NCBI GenBank assembly: GCA_964606485.1
Contig: CAZSGP010000006.1
Span: forward strand, 62,925 to 126,924
Source: an uncultured Planctomycetia bacterium
GTDB taxonomy: Bacteria; Omnitrophota; Gorgyraeia; 2-02-FULL-51-18
DNA length: 64,000 nt
Direction of reading: 5' to 3'
A program made the translations under genes and the position numbers. Position 1 is the first letter of the stretch, and every line of letters begins with the position of its first letter. The notes beneath the pieces were generated by a model. That model was not told where the DNA came from. It saw only the letters and a program-made list of their open reading frames with translations, and did not search any database. Positions 18,246 through 27,231 of this stretch are shown here, one piece after another.

Positions 18246-19001
18246 TTAACCGAACCTTCCGGAAATATAATCTTCCGTGCGTTTGTCGGAGGGTGCGGTG
18301 AACATTTTATTGGTCACGTCCATTTCGACGAGTTGCCCCATTAGAAAAAAAGCAGTTTTGTCGCTCACGCGCGCAGCCTGCTTCGTGTTGTTGGTGACGA
18401 GCACGATGGTGTAGCGTTTTTTAAGCTTTCCCATCGCTTCTTCAATTTTCGCGGTGGAAATCGGGTCAAGCGCCGAGCAGGGCTCATCGAACAAAATCAC
18501 GTCCGGCTCTAGCGCCAAAGTGCGTGCAATGCAAAGGCGCTGCTGTTGACCGCCGGAAAGTTTGGTGGCGAGTTCCCCCATGCGGTCTTTGACCTCATCC
18601 CACAGATAAGCGTCTTTTAAGGATTGTTCGGCAATTTCCATTAGCTTCTTTTTGTCATTCATCCCCTGGCGCCGCGGTCCGTACGCCACATTTTCAAATA
18701 CCGTCATGGGAAGCGGCATGGGTAGCGCAAAAATAATTCCCACTTTTCTTCTAAGCAGCACCGCGTCAAGATCCTTATAAATATTTTTCCCATCAAGCAA
18801 CACCTCTCCTTTCATGTGAAAGGTGGAGGTGTTTTCATTCATGCGGTTGAGTGATCGTAAAAAAGTGGTTTTGCCGGAGTTGGCGGGCCCAATCACGCCC
18901 AAAATCTCGTTGGACGGAATGGAAAGCGAAACTCCTCTCAGAGACTGAACCGATCCGAAGCCGACTTCTAAATTACGAACTTCCATTTTGGCCGTTACCA
19001 T
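18246..19001 (-). CDS. pstB: Phosphate ABC transporter ATP-binding protein PstB (copy 2, tandem paralog)
   Basis: GPANSGKTT Walker [16 protein letters not shown] signature, [11 protein letters not shown]. Confidence 0.85.
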   Translation of the reverse strand: MVTAKMEVRNLEVGFGSVQSLRGVSLSIPSNEILGVIGPANSGKTTFLRSLNRMNENTSTFHMKGEVLLDGKNIYKDLDAVLLRRKVGIIFALPMPLPMTVFENVAYGPRRQGMNDKKKLMEIAEQSLKDAYLWDEVKDRMGELATKLSGGQQQRLCIARTLALEPDVILFDEPCSALDPISTAKIEEAMGKLKKRYTIVLVTNNTKQAARVSDKTAFFLMGQLVEMDVTNKMFTAPSDKRTEDYISGRFG

Positions 19002-19849
19002 TTTTTCTTGCTCCTAAAATACGAGCGGATGGTGATGGCAATTAAATTTAAAAATAAAACAATCGATAATAAAACAAGGGCGGTTCCGTAGCGGATTTTT
19101 GGTTCCACATTCGGCACCTGTGTCGACAAAACGTATAAGTGATACGGCAGAGCCATCACCTGATCGAACACGCTGTGCGGCAAACGCGGCAAATAAAATG
19201 CGGCGACGGTAAAAAGAATGGGCGCTGTTTCTCCTGCCGCGCGGCCGATCCCCAAAATCGTTCCGGTGAGAATTCCTGGCAAGGCGTGTGGCAACACCGC
19301 ATAGCGAATAGTTTGGAGCTTGGTGGCCCCCAGTGACTGACTCACCTCCCGAAACGTGCGCGGCACCGAGTCAAGCGCCTCGCGAGACGACGTAATGATC
19401 ACCGGTAAAATCATGACACCCAATGTCAGTGAGCCCGCTAAAATTGACGAACCAAATTTAAAAAAACCAACAAAAAGTGCAAGCCCGAATAATCCATACA
19501 CCACCGACGGCACACCGGCGAGATTGATAATGGCAAGACGAATCACACGGTTTAAAAAATTTTCTTTGGCGTATTCGCTTAGGTAAATTGCCGCGAGGAG
19601 TCCTAGCGGCAACCCCACGCAAAGCGCACCGGTCACAAGACAAAATGTTCCAACAATGGCGGGTAAAATCCCGCCCGCTTTCATGCCGGACTTCGGCATC
19701 TGCGTTAAAAATTCAAGATTAATCGCCGGAAGCCCGTTTTTTAAAATCACAAACAAAACCACGAGCACCGGCAAAATCACCATCACCGAGCAAATCAGTA
19801 AAATCGAGAACGCGATTTTTTGGCTGAGTTTAGGTGAGAGAACTAACAT
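18995..19849 (-). CDS. pstA: Phosphate ABC transporter permease PstA
   Basis: Polytopic permease with EAA-like loop (GATKLQTIRYAVLP) and PstA-type C-terminal block; operon position. Confidence 0.85.
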   Translation of the reverse strand: MLVLSPKLSQKIAFSILLICSVMVILPVLVVLFVILKNGLPAINLEFLTQMPKSGMKAGGILPAIVGTFCLVTGALCVGLPLGLLAAIYLSEYAKENFLNRVIRLAIINLAGVPSVVYGLFGLALFVGFFKFGSSILAGSLTLGVMILPVIITSSREALDSVPRTFREVSQSLGATKLQTIRYAVLPHALPGILTGTILGIGRAAGETAPILFTVAAFYLPRLPHSVFDQVMALPYHLYVLSTQVPNVEPKIRYGTALVLLSIVLFLNLIAITIRSYFRSKKKW

Positions 19850-20716
19850 TTAAATTTTTTTCCGGTGTAGAAAAATGTCTGCGGTGATGTTCACGGCAAA
19901 CGTCATTAAGAATAAAACGATTCCGATCGAAAAAAGTGCGAAGTAGTGATCGCTTCCCTGCACGGTCTCACCCATTTCCGCGGCAATCGTCGCGGTCAGT
20001 GTGCGGACTGGAAACAAAAACCCACGCGGCATCGACGGCGAGTTTCCGGTAATCATCATCACCGCCATGGTTTCTCCGACCACACGGCCGATCCCGAGCA
20101 TCACCGCCGCTACAATTCCGGACGACGCCGCCGGCAAAATAACACGGCAAATGGTTTGCCACTGCGTAGCACCTAGTGCGTAAGCGCCTTCTTTGTAGGA
20201 CTTCGGTACCGAGTGAAGCGCATCTTCCGCAATCGACACAATGGTCGGCATGGCCATGAACGCTAAAATGATGGAGCCTGAAAGCGCCGTAAGCCCCGTC
20301 GGGGTTTTAAAAATAAGTCTCACCCACGGCACAATTGTCACCATGCCGATAAATCCGAGCACCACGCTCGGAATAGCCGCTAAAAGCTCCACGCCTGATT
20401 TTAAAATTTCTTTTAGGTTTTTAGGAGCGACTTCCGAGATGTACACCGCACAGGCAATTCCGAGAGGAATCGCGATGATCGACGCGCCAAGGGTCACAAG
20501 GAGCGATCCTAAAATTAGAGGAAGAATTCCAAATTCGGCGGGCTCTGAAATGGGGTACCAGCTTTTTCCGCCTAGAAAATGACCCAAGCTTTCGGTTTTG
20601 AAAAGCTGGATTCCTTCTTTTAAAAGAAAAAGAAAGATCAGCGTCACAAAGAGAATGGACGCGAAGCCGCTGGCCTTGATTAGAGATTCAAAAAAGAATT
20701 CTTTAAAACGCTTCAC
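19850..20716 (-). CDS. pstC: Phosphate ABC transporter permease PstC
   Basis: Polytopic permease, YALGATQWQTICRVILP EAA loop, adjacent to pstS/pstA. Confidence 0.85.
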   Translation of the reverse strand: MKRFKEFFFESLIKASGFASILFVTLIFLFLLKEGIQLFKTESLGHFLGGKSWYPISEPAEFGILPLILGSLLVTLGASIIAIPLGIACAVYISEVAPKNLKEILKSGVELLAAIPSVVLGFIGMVTIVPWVRLIFKTPTGLTALSGSIILAFMAMPTIVSIAEDALHSVPKSYKEGAYALGATQWQTICRVILPAASSGIVAAVMLGIGRVVGETMAVMMITGNSPSMPRGFLFPVRTLTATIAAEMGETVQGSDHYFALFSIGIVLFLMTFAVNITADIFLHRKKI

Positions 20717-21580
20717 TTATTTTTTAACGGGAACAAAATCCGTTTTTTCGACAATCACTTGGCCTTCAGGAGACAACGCAAAATCCAAAAACTTTTGAAC
20801 CTCAACCTTCGGCTCGCCATTGGTGTAAAAATAAAGCGGCCGCGAGATCGGATATTTCCCGCTGATCACGTCAGCAATCGAGGGCGATACAAATTCAGAA
20901 CTGGCATCCTTAGCAACTGCAATCGCTTTATGGTCTTTTCCAATGTAGCCCATGCCGTAATAACCAATCGCATCGGCGTTTTGCAAAATTTCATCGGCGA
21001 TCGCTTGGCTGGAGGGCAAAAGCAAGGCTTCGGGTGAAAATTCTTCCTTAGAAGAAGCGTCGTTCTTTCTCAAAACATGCTCTTTGAAATAAACATGTGT
21101 TCCAGAGTTGACTTCGCGGGAAAGGAGCACGATTTTAGCGTCGTTTCCCCCGACCTCTTTCCAATTTTTAATCTTCCCCGTAAAAATTCCAGCCAACTCT
21201 TCCATCGTTAACTTTGAAATAGGGTTTTTTGGACTCACCACCACCGCTAGGCCGTCGAGCGCAACTTTGTATTCTTTGGGAGAAACTTTTTTTTGATTGG
21301 CCAGATCAATCTCTTTCGGCTTCATTTCACGGGAGCTAGCCGCAATATCGCAACTGGAGCCAATCAGCGCCGCAATTCCGGTTCCAGAACCACCACCAGT
21401 GACGGCAATAAAAATTTCAGGCTGTTTTTCCATGAACACTTCCGACCAGGCCTGAACCAAATTGACCATGGTGTCCGAACCTTTAATTTGAATAGAATTG
21501 GGTTTGGCCGCAAAAGCGCCTGGGGTATTTAAAACGAGTGTAGCGAAACCTAGAACTAAACCAGCGATCAATTTCTTCAT
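20717..21580 (-). CDS. pstS: Phosphate-binding periplasmic protein PstS
   Basis: Signal peptide, IKGSDTM ... AVTGGGSGTG motif of PstS/PBP superfamily. Confidence 0.85.
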   Translation of the reverse strand: MKKLIAGLVLGFATLVLNTPGAFAAKPNSIQIKGSDTMVNLVQAWSEVFMEKQPEIFIAVTGGGSGTGIAALIGSSCDIAASSREMKPKEIDLANQKKVSPKEYKVALDGLAVVVSPKNPISKLTMEELAGIFTGKIKNWKEVGGNDAKIVLLSREVNSGTHVYFKEHVLRKNDASSKEEFSPEALLLPSSQAIADEILQNADAIGYYGMGYIGKDHKAIAVAKDASSEFVSPSIADVISGKYPISRPLYFYTNGEPKVEVQKFLDFALSPEGQVIVEKTDFVPVKK

Positions 21581-21611
21581 GGATTCCTCCTCTATGCGAA
21601 GACTCTATTCT

Positions 21612-21640
21612 ATGAAGAAATTATGAAGATTTGATGAAGA
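21612..21640 (-). promoter_or_regulatory. Pho box: three direct TCTTCAT repeats (gene strand) at exact 11-bp periodicity, 32-60 bp upstream of pstS start
   Basis: Forward-strand ATGAAGA at 21612, 21623 and 21634 (7-bp repeat + 4-bp spacer), the PhoB-type direct-repeat architecture; phoB and phoR are encoded just upstream. Confidence 0.7.
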
Positions 21641-21642
21641 CG

Positions 21643-22761
21643 CTACCGGAGAGGGAGTTCAATTTTAAACGTCGATCCTTGGCCCTCTTGGCTTTCGACG
21701 CTCAAGCGGCCGCCCTGCTTTTCAACCATGTGCTTGGCAATGGAAAGACCAAGCCCCGTGCCACCGGTCTCACGTGAGCGGCTCTTGTCGGCACGGTAAA
21801 AACGCTCAAAAATGTGGGGCAGATCCGCGCTCGAAATACCGATACCCGTATCTTTCACGAGAATTTGGAAAACATCCGTCTTTGCGTTTAGCTCGATCGC
21901 AATAGACCCGCCCTCTTTGTTATAGTTCACCGCATTCGCAAGAATGTTGGTCAATACTTGCTCAAGCAGCGTTCTGTCAGTGTTCACCCAGAAAGGGTGG
22001 TTATCCGTTCGGATATGAAATCGAATTTTTCTGATCTTCATTTGTGGTGCGAGGCTTTCCGAAAGATTATGAACCAGTGCTTCGAGATCTATTTTTTCCA
22101 GTCGAACGGGAATTTCGGCAGACTCAAGTTTCGAAAGCAAGAGCAAATCTTCAATGAGACGATGGAGTTTGTGCGAATGTTCTTCAATCACGTTTAAAAA
22201 TTTCATCCGGTTTTCGACGTCATCGACTGCACCTTCTTTAAGCGTCTCGACAAATCCCAGAATGGACGTGAGCGGGGTTTTGAGTTCGTGTGAAACGTTC
22301 GCTACAAATTCCGAACGCATTCGCTCTAAATTTTTAAGGCGTGTCACATCATGAAAAACAGCGATCGCCCCCAGAAATTCGCTGTCACTGGCCACCGGCG
22401 ACAGGTGTACCTGAAAAACCAGATCGGAAAGTTGAATTTTATGCTCTTTTTCAAAATGTACTTTTTCTTCAAGCACGCGGCGGATCATGGCATTGAGCTC
22501 CGAGTCACGAAACACTTCCCAGTAATCGCGGCCAATCACATTTTCCTTCTTAAATTCGAGTGACTCACATAAAACGGAGTTGATAAGAAGAATTTTTTGG
22601 TTCGCGTCGATGACCACGACGCCCTCGGCCATGCTCTCCAAAATAGCTAAAAGCCGCTCGTTCTCCCGGGATGTTTTTTGAAAAAGATCGCGTAGATCAG
22701 TGAGCTCTTGAGGCAACGAACTCTTTGAATGAGAAGAAAGTGGATTTTTTTTAAACCACAT
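21643..22761 (-). CDS. phoR: PhoR-like sensor histidine kinase (PAS + HisKA + HATPase); no N-terminal transmembrane segments apparent
   Basis: H-box SHELKTPLTSILGF, N/G1/G2 boxes (NAVNYN, VKDTGIGI, GGTGLGLSI), adjacent to phoB. Confidence 0.8.
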   Translation of the reverse strand: MWFKKNPLSSHSKSSLPQELTDLRDLFQKTSRENERLLAILESMAEGVVVIDANQKILLINSVLCESLEFKKENVIGRDYWEVFRDSELNAMIRRVLEEKVHFEKEHKIQLSDLVFQVHLSPVASDSEFLGAIAVFHDVTRLKNLERMRSEFVANVSHELKTPLTSILGFVETLKEGAVDDVENRMKFLNVIEEHSHKLHRLIEDLLLLSKLESAEIPVRLEKIDLEALVHNLSESLAPQMKIRKIRFHIRTDNHPFWVNTDRTLLEQVLTNILANAVNYNKEGGSIAIELNAKTDVFQILVKDTGIGISSADLPHIFERFYRADKSRSRETGGTGLGLSIAKHMVEKQGGRLSVESQEGQGSTFKIELPLR

Positions 22762-23449
22762 TGGCTTCAGAAAACCGGTAACCGGTGCCGCGCACGGTTT
22801 CGATCAAATCACGGTATTTGCCGAGTTTTTTTCGTAAGCTTTTGATGTGCACGTCTACCGTGCGGTCCACCACAAATGCCTCACCCTGCCAGGCGCCACT
22901 CAAGAGTTGGTCACGCGAAAATGCCTTACCGCGATTTTCCATAAGATACGCTGCAATATTAAACTCCAACTTTGTGAGGGGAACGGGTTTTCCCTTAATC
23001 GAAAAAATCATTTTTTCGCGATCAACTTCAAGCGGTCCTGCCGAAATAATTTTTTTAGGTTCTCCTGATGGAGCGCTTTGATTTCGAAAGATATTTTTTA
23101 TACGCGCCAAGAGAACTTTTACACTAAATGGCTTCGAAACATAGTCCGTCGCACCAATTTCAAGACCGACCACCTGGTCAATCTCACTCCCCTTGGCGGT
23201 AAGCATTACGACCGGGATACGCTTAGTCGCCGATTGCGCCCGCAAAAGCCTGCACACTTCAAGGCCGTCCATTTTGGGGAGCATAAGATCCAAAATAATG
23301 AGATCGGGTTTCTTGGCTTGAGCAATCTCCAGGCCGGCTTCTCCGGTTTCAGCGGTGAAAACGCTGTAGCCTTCTTTTTCGAGATTGTACTGCAGGAGTT
23401 TTAGAATATCCTTTTCGTCATCAATGACTAAAAGGTTTTTTTTAGCCAT
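22751..23449 (-). CDS. phoB: OmpR-family response regulator, PhoB-like
   Basis: Receiver domain (LLVIDDEKD, DLIILDLMLP, K in LTAKG) plus winged-helix C-terminal DNA-binding domain (RTVDVHIKSLRKKL). Confidence 0.85.
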   Translation of the reverse strand: MAKKNLLVIDDEKDILKLLQYNLEKEGYSVFTAETGEAGLEIAQAKKPDLIILDLMLPKMDGLEVCRLLRAQSATKRIPVVMLTAKGSEIDQVVGLEIGATDYVSKPFSVKVLLARIKNIFRNQSAPSGEPKKIISAGPLEVDREKMIFSIKGKPVPLTKLEFNIAAYLMENRGKAFSRDQLLSGAWQGEAFVVDRTVDVHIKSLRKKLGKYRDLIETVRGTGYRFSEANVV

Positions 23450-23451
23450 GG

Positions 23452-24150
23452 TTATTTCTTGGGCTTGTCGAGAATGTCTTTGACCTTCTGGCGGATATTT
23501 TCATGAATCACGTCTACCGTTTGGCGCGCATCCACTACTTCAAATCCAAATTCCTTGGCGAGTTTGTCGTAATGCGTGATCAGCGTCGATTGGTAATTCA
23601 CAAAACTGTCGAAAAGATCCTGGCCCATGTGAAGATCCATGCCGGCTTCCCAGTAATTCATGCCACCGGACTCAATCACGCGTGGAATCAGCGCTTCGAT
23701 ATCAAGCTTAAGATAAACCGTGAGATCCGGAACAAGGCCAAATCCAAAAAGATTCCGCACCCACTGTTGGTTCGGGTCCCGCACAGCGTCGCGCACGATA
23801 GCCGTATAAATGTAGCGGTCCGCCAAAACAATGTGGCCCGATTTAAGAGCTGGGATAATCTGATTTTCCAATCGATCCGCAAAATCCGTGGCATACAGTA
23901 ACGTAAACGTCATGCGGTCCATCATGTTGCCGGCTTTGGCCATTTCGATGGATTTGCTCATCAAATTTGAGCGCGTCCAGCCGGTTTCTGCGACAGCATA
24001 CCCTTGGACCTCAAGCCATGATTTTAAAAGATCCACCTGAGTCGAGCGGCCCGATCCATCGGTGCCTTCGATGCAGATGAGCTTTCCTTTTAACTTGTAC
24101 GGCTTAAGATACGGTAAACCTTCGCCAAAATACTTTGGGTCGTTTGGCAT
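23452..24150 (-). CDS. Thymidylate kinase family protein (Tmk-like, first of tandem pair; P-loop GTDGSGRST)
   Basis: IEGTDGSGRSTQ P-loop, DRY-type motif LADRYIYT, LID region; the 47-nt overlap with the upstream paralog suggests the true start is downstream of the track start. Confidence 0.65.
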   Translation of the reverse strand: MPNDPKYFGEGLPYLKPYKLKGKLICIEGTDGSGRSTQVDLLKSWLEVQGYAVAETGWTRSNLMSKSIEMAKAGNMMDRMTFTLLYATDFADRLENQIIPALKSGHIVLADRYIYTAIVRDAVRDPNQQWVRNLFGFGLVPDLTVYLKLDIEALIPRVIESGGMNYWEAGMDLHMGQDLFDSFVNYQSTLITHYDKLAKEFGFEVVDARQTVDVIHENIRQKVKDILDKPKK

Positions 24151-24832
24151 AAATCGTCCTTTTCTTCGAGTAACCTTTGAGAATGTCTTTGACGTATCCG
24201 CGCATCAGGTCCTGTTGTTCATGAATTTCCTGAGTGGCGTCCATCGAGGTCAAATCAAACTCCCCCACCATCTTGGAATATTCGTCGAGAATCTTGGATT
24301 GGAAAATTTTGAAGCTCTCGCGGATATCGGTGTGAAGATTCAAGTCCATTCCCGCTTCGTAAAATTTAATTTGAGCGCGATTCGTCAAGATCCGCTCGCA
24401 AGCAACTTGAATCGGCACGTTGAAATAAAAACTGATGTCCGGCTTTACTGCAAAATTGTATAAATTCCGTACCCAGCGAGCGTCTACTCCGCGGACCACG
24501 TCGCGCGCAAACGCGGTGTAAGCATAGCGATCGGCAAGCACTATCATGCCGGCTTTGAGCGGCGGGATAATTTGATAATTTAAACGGTCTGCAAAATCAG
24601 CGGCGTGCAAAAGAGAAAAGGTGCTAGGGGTAAGAATATTTTTCTTTTTTCCCTCACGGGTCGTTTCCTTCACAAGTTCCGAACTATTCCACTCGGTGAA
24701 GAAAACCGAAAAACCCTGGGATTCGAGCCATTTCTTGAGAAGCCCGACCTGCGTGCTCTTTCCTGAACCGTCGATCCCCTCGACGATAATCAACTTTCCT
24801 GGAAATTCGTGTTTTTTATCAAAGACGCCCAT
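24104..24832 (-). CDS. Thymidylate kinase family protein (Tmk-like, second of tandem pair)
   Basis: VEGIDGSGKSTQ P-loop, LADRYAYT, same fold as neighbour. Confidence 0.7.
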   Translation of the reverse strand: MGVFDKKHEFPGKLIIVEGIDGSGKSTQVGLLKKWLESQGFSVFFTEWNSSELVKETTREGKKKNILTPSTFSLLHAADFADRLNYQIIPPLKAGMIVLADRYAYTAFARDVVRGVDARWVRNLYNFAVKPDISFYFNVPIQVACERILTNRAQIKFYEAGMDLNLHTDIRESFKIFQSKILDEYSKMVGEFDLTSMDATQEIHEQQDLMRGYVKDILKGYSKKRTIYAKRPKVFWRRFTVS

Positions 24833-24841
24833 GGCCGAATT

Positions 24842-25810
24842 TTACCACACTTTCTGATGAGTCTTAATTTTGTGAATAAAGTCTAAAATCATGCCTTCCC
24901 GAATGCCTTGGGTCGACACTGTGAGCGAACGAATTTTAAGCGCCTTCATCAACGTCTTCACCATCACGCATCCGGCAATCATGATATCGGCGCGTTTTTT
25001 GTCAAGCTCCGGAAATTGAAGACGTTTCTTTAAGCTTAAAACTGAAATTTTCTTGTAAACACTTTCAACATCCTCTAAATACATTTCGTAATGATTAGCG
25101 CAGTCGAGCGGGCGCTTTTCGGAGTCGAAATAAACCGCGTAAGCCAGGTTCACCATCGTCCCGGCAGTCCCAATCACTCTTAAAAATCCGTGCTTACGGA
25201 TTTTCCGGATGGCCGGTTTAATTTCTTCCAGAATATGCCGCTCCAAGCGGCGGATCTCGCCGGGCGTCGGCGGATCTTTCTTAAAATAAAGATCAGTTAA
25301 GCGCGCAACTCCAAGCGGAAAGCAGTTGTTGACGAGAATTTGTTTTTTATTCCCGAGCACGAGTTCCATGCTCCCGCCGCCGATGTCGATGGTGAGCACA
25401 TTTCCCTTTTGAATATCGCGCCGCGAGTGGGACGCCAAAAAAACAAGCCGGCCCTCTTCTTCGCCTGAAATAATCCGGACCTTCACCTTCGTTTTCTTAA
25501 AAATATCAAAAATGAACTCCGGGCCGTTCTGCGCTTCACGGACAGCGCTCGTCGCCACGCCAATCATTTGAACCGCCTGATATTTCTTGGCAATCTTATG
25601 AAATTTTTTAATTGCCTTAAACGCGCGCGCTTTACGCGCTTTGTCCAAAAAATGGTCTTTAAAGCTTCCGTCGCCTAATCGCGTCGTGTCTTTTTCGTGA
25701 TCGATGATCAAGTGTGAACCATCCACATGAATTTCAGCAATCAGCATGTGAATGGTGTTGGTGCCAATGTCAAAAACAGCAATTCTCATGTTTTTAAGTG
25801 TATCGGACAT
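24842..25810 (-). CDS. ppx: Exopolyphosphatase / guanosine pentaphosphate phosphohydrolase (Ppx/GppA family)
   Basis: RIAVFDIGTNTIHMLIAE ... VIGTAGTM actin-like ATPase-fold motifs of Ppx/GppA; the true start is probably the internal Met (MRIAVFD) because the track start abuts the Pho box. Confidence 0.75.
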   Translation of the reverse strand: MSDTLKNMRIAVFDIGTNTIHMLIAEIHVDGSHLIIDHEKDTTRLGDGSFKDHFLDKARKARAFKAIKKFHKIAKKYQAVQMIGVATSAVREAQNGPEFIFDIFKKTKVKVRIISGEEEGRLVFLASHSRRDIQKGNVLTIDIGGGSMELVLGNKKQILVNNCFPLGVARLTDLYFKKDPPTPGEIRRLERHILEEIKPAIRKIRKHGFLRVIGTAGTMVNLAYAVYFDSEKRPLDCANHYEMYLEDVESVYKKISVLSLKKRLQFPELDKKRADIMIAGCVMVKTLMKALKIRSLTVSTQGIREGMILDFIHKIKTHQKVW

Positions 25811-25813
25811 CTA

Positions 25814-25831
25814 TGAAGATTTGATAAAGAA
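25814..25831 (-). promoter_or_regulatory. Pho box-like pair of direct repeats (TCTTCAT / TCTTTAT on gene strand, 11-bp spacing) upstream of ppx
   Basis: Forward ATGAAGA at 25814 and ATAAAGA at 25825; the same word as in the pstS Pho box. Confidence 0.5.
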
Positions 25832-25833
25832 GC

Positions 25834-26331
25834 TCACGCCATTTCGCGCAGCTGCGAATTGGTCAAAAGCCATTTGAGCTCGCCGCGAACCCCCGCCTCA
25901 GGGCCGGGCAAGTCCACTCGGCAAAGACCGCCCTTTTTAAAATCAATGGTGAGCGCCGGCTCTCCAAAAACAAAAGCACTCACAAACTCTCCAAGACTTG
26001 GCTGATGCCCAACGATTAAAAGCTTACTTTTGTTTGGAAAATTTTTGAGGAGCTTTAGAAGTTCTTTGGGGCTTCCGCTTGGAACCAAGCAGTCTTCGTA
26101 TTGAATCGGGTGGGTAAAATCTAGGGCGCGAGCGGCAATTTCAGCCGTCTGTGATGCTCGCTTGTAGGGGCTCGAAAGAATCGCTTCTGGGGCAATCTCC
26201 ATTTGCTTCATGCCCTTAGCTGCTTTTTTCATTTTCTCGACACCCTCGTCGGTTAGAGGGCGTTCAGAATCTCTTCCCTCAAACTCGCCATTTTCCTTGG
26301 CAATAGCGTGTCTTAAAAAATAAAGTTCCAT
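25834..26331 (-). CDS. Histidine phosphatase superfamily protein, SixA-like phosphohistidine phosphatase
   Basis: MELYFLRHAIA (RHG-type motif), 165 aa, VGHQPSL second motif. Confidence 0.6.
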   Translation of the reverse strand: MELYFLRHAIAKENGEFEGRDSERPLTDEGVEKMKKAAKGMKQMEIAPEAILSSPYKRASQTAEIAARALDFTHPIQYEDCLVPSGSPKELLKLLKNFPNKSKLLIVGHQPSLGEFVSAFVFGEPALTIDFKKGGLCRVDLPGPEAGVRGELKWLLTNSQLREMA

Positions 26332-26362
26332 ACCTCTCCATAACTTAGGCTAAGATAATAGC

Positions 26363-27094
26363 ATGCAACTTAATGGAAAAACAGCGCTTGTCACGGGTGC
26401 CGCTAAGCGGGTCGGACGCGAAATTGCACTCATTCTCGCCCAAAACGGGGCAAACATTTTGCTGCACTACAACCAGTCCCAATCGGACGCAGAGAAAACC
26501 GCGGCGGAAATCCAATCGCTCGGCGCGCTCTGCAAAATTTATCAAGCCGATTTGGAAGACGTGGGTGCACTTTCAAAAATGATGCTCCTGATCGAAAAAG
26601 AAAATCCGCATGTCGATATTCTGGTCAACAGCGCATCCATCTTTTATAAAACTCCACTCGAACAGGCCTCTGAAACTGATCTCGATACCTTCACCGACAT
26701 TCATCTCAAAGCGCCTTTTCTTTTGTCTAAAAAATTTGGACTTAAAATGATTGAAAATGGCTCAGGAAAAATCATCAACATCGTCGACTGGAGCGCTTAC
26801 CGCCCCTACAAAGATTACGCGCCCTACTGCGCGTCAAAGGGCGCGCTTTTAACGCTAACGAAAGCACTCGCACGCGATTTAGCACCTCAGGTGCTCGTCA
26901 ACGCCGTCGCCCCCGGCCCCGTTCTTTTACCAGAAGATTTCACCGAGGAAGAAAAACAGGTTGTCGTCAAAAAAACACTGCTCGGCCGCGTTGGCTCACC
27001 CGCTGACATTGCAAACGCCGTCCTCTTCTTACTTGAAAATGATTTCATTAACGGAACCGTGCTGACAGTAGACGGTGGGAGATCGATCGTTTAG
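26363..27094 (+). CDS. Short-chain dehydrogenase, pteridine reductase-like (PTR1/FolM family)
   Basis: TALVTGAAKRVGREIAL..LLHY closely resembles the PTR1/FolM TGAAKRLG..HY signature; catalytic YCASKGAL (YxxxK). Confidence 0.65.
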   Translation: MQLNGKTALVTGAAKRVGREIALILAQNGANILLHYNQSQSDAEKTAAEIQSLGALCKIYQADLEDVGALSKMMLLIEKENPHVDILVNSASIFYKTPLEQASETDLDTFTDIHLKAPFLLSKKFGLKMIENGSGKIINIVDWSAYRPYKDYAPYCASKGALLTLTKALARDLAPQVLVNAVAPGPVLLPEDFTEEEKQVVVKKTLLGRVGSPADIANAVLFLLENDFINGTVLTVDGGRSIV

Positions 27095-27127
27095 AATCTA
27101 AACCACCTCCCCGGCACTTCGTGTCCA

Positions 27128-27209
27128 CCCCTCCTTGGTAAGGAGGGGAAAGTAGCGCGGGTTTCCTCCCCTTACCAAGGGGAGGTGTCCCCCACGTTCT
27201 TTGGGGGAC
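27128..27209 (+). promoter_or_regulatory. Three consecutive GC-rich stem-loops in the leader of the queD/PTPS-like gene (possible attenuator/riboswitch-like element or terminator array)
   Basis: Hairpin 1 CCCCTCCTT-GGT-AAGGAGGGG (27128-27148); hairpin 2 CCTCCCCTT-ACC-AAGGGGAGG (27165-27185); hairpin 3 GTCCCCCA-CGTTCTT-TGGGGGAC (27187-27209). Arms of 1 and 2 are near-complementary to each other, allowing alternative pairings; GGAGG tracts are sequestered; there is no U-tract. Confidence 0.55.
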
Positions 27210-27231
27210 GGAGGGGTGAAACGGAGAACCG

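Noticed and set aside
16103-20798. Antisense or overlapping short ORFs in the pst/phoU/queC region (16103..16423 +, 17608..17990 +, 19946..20183, 20241..20582 +)
   Set aside because: Each is embedded in a well-supported conserved gene (QueC, PstB, PstC) on the opposite strand or in another frame.
26332-26362. 31-bp gap between divergent sixA-like and SDR starts as a bidirectional promoter with a regulatory motif
   Set aside because: Too short to resolve distinct elements by eye; one of the two start codons is probably mis-assigned. No clear palindrome present.
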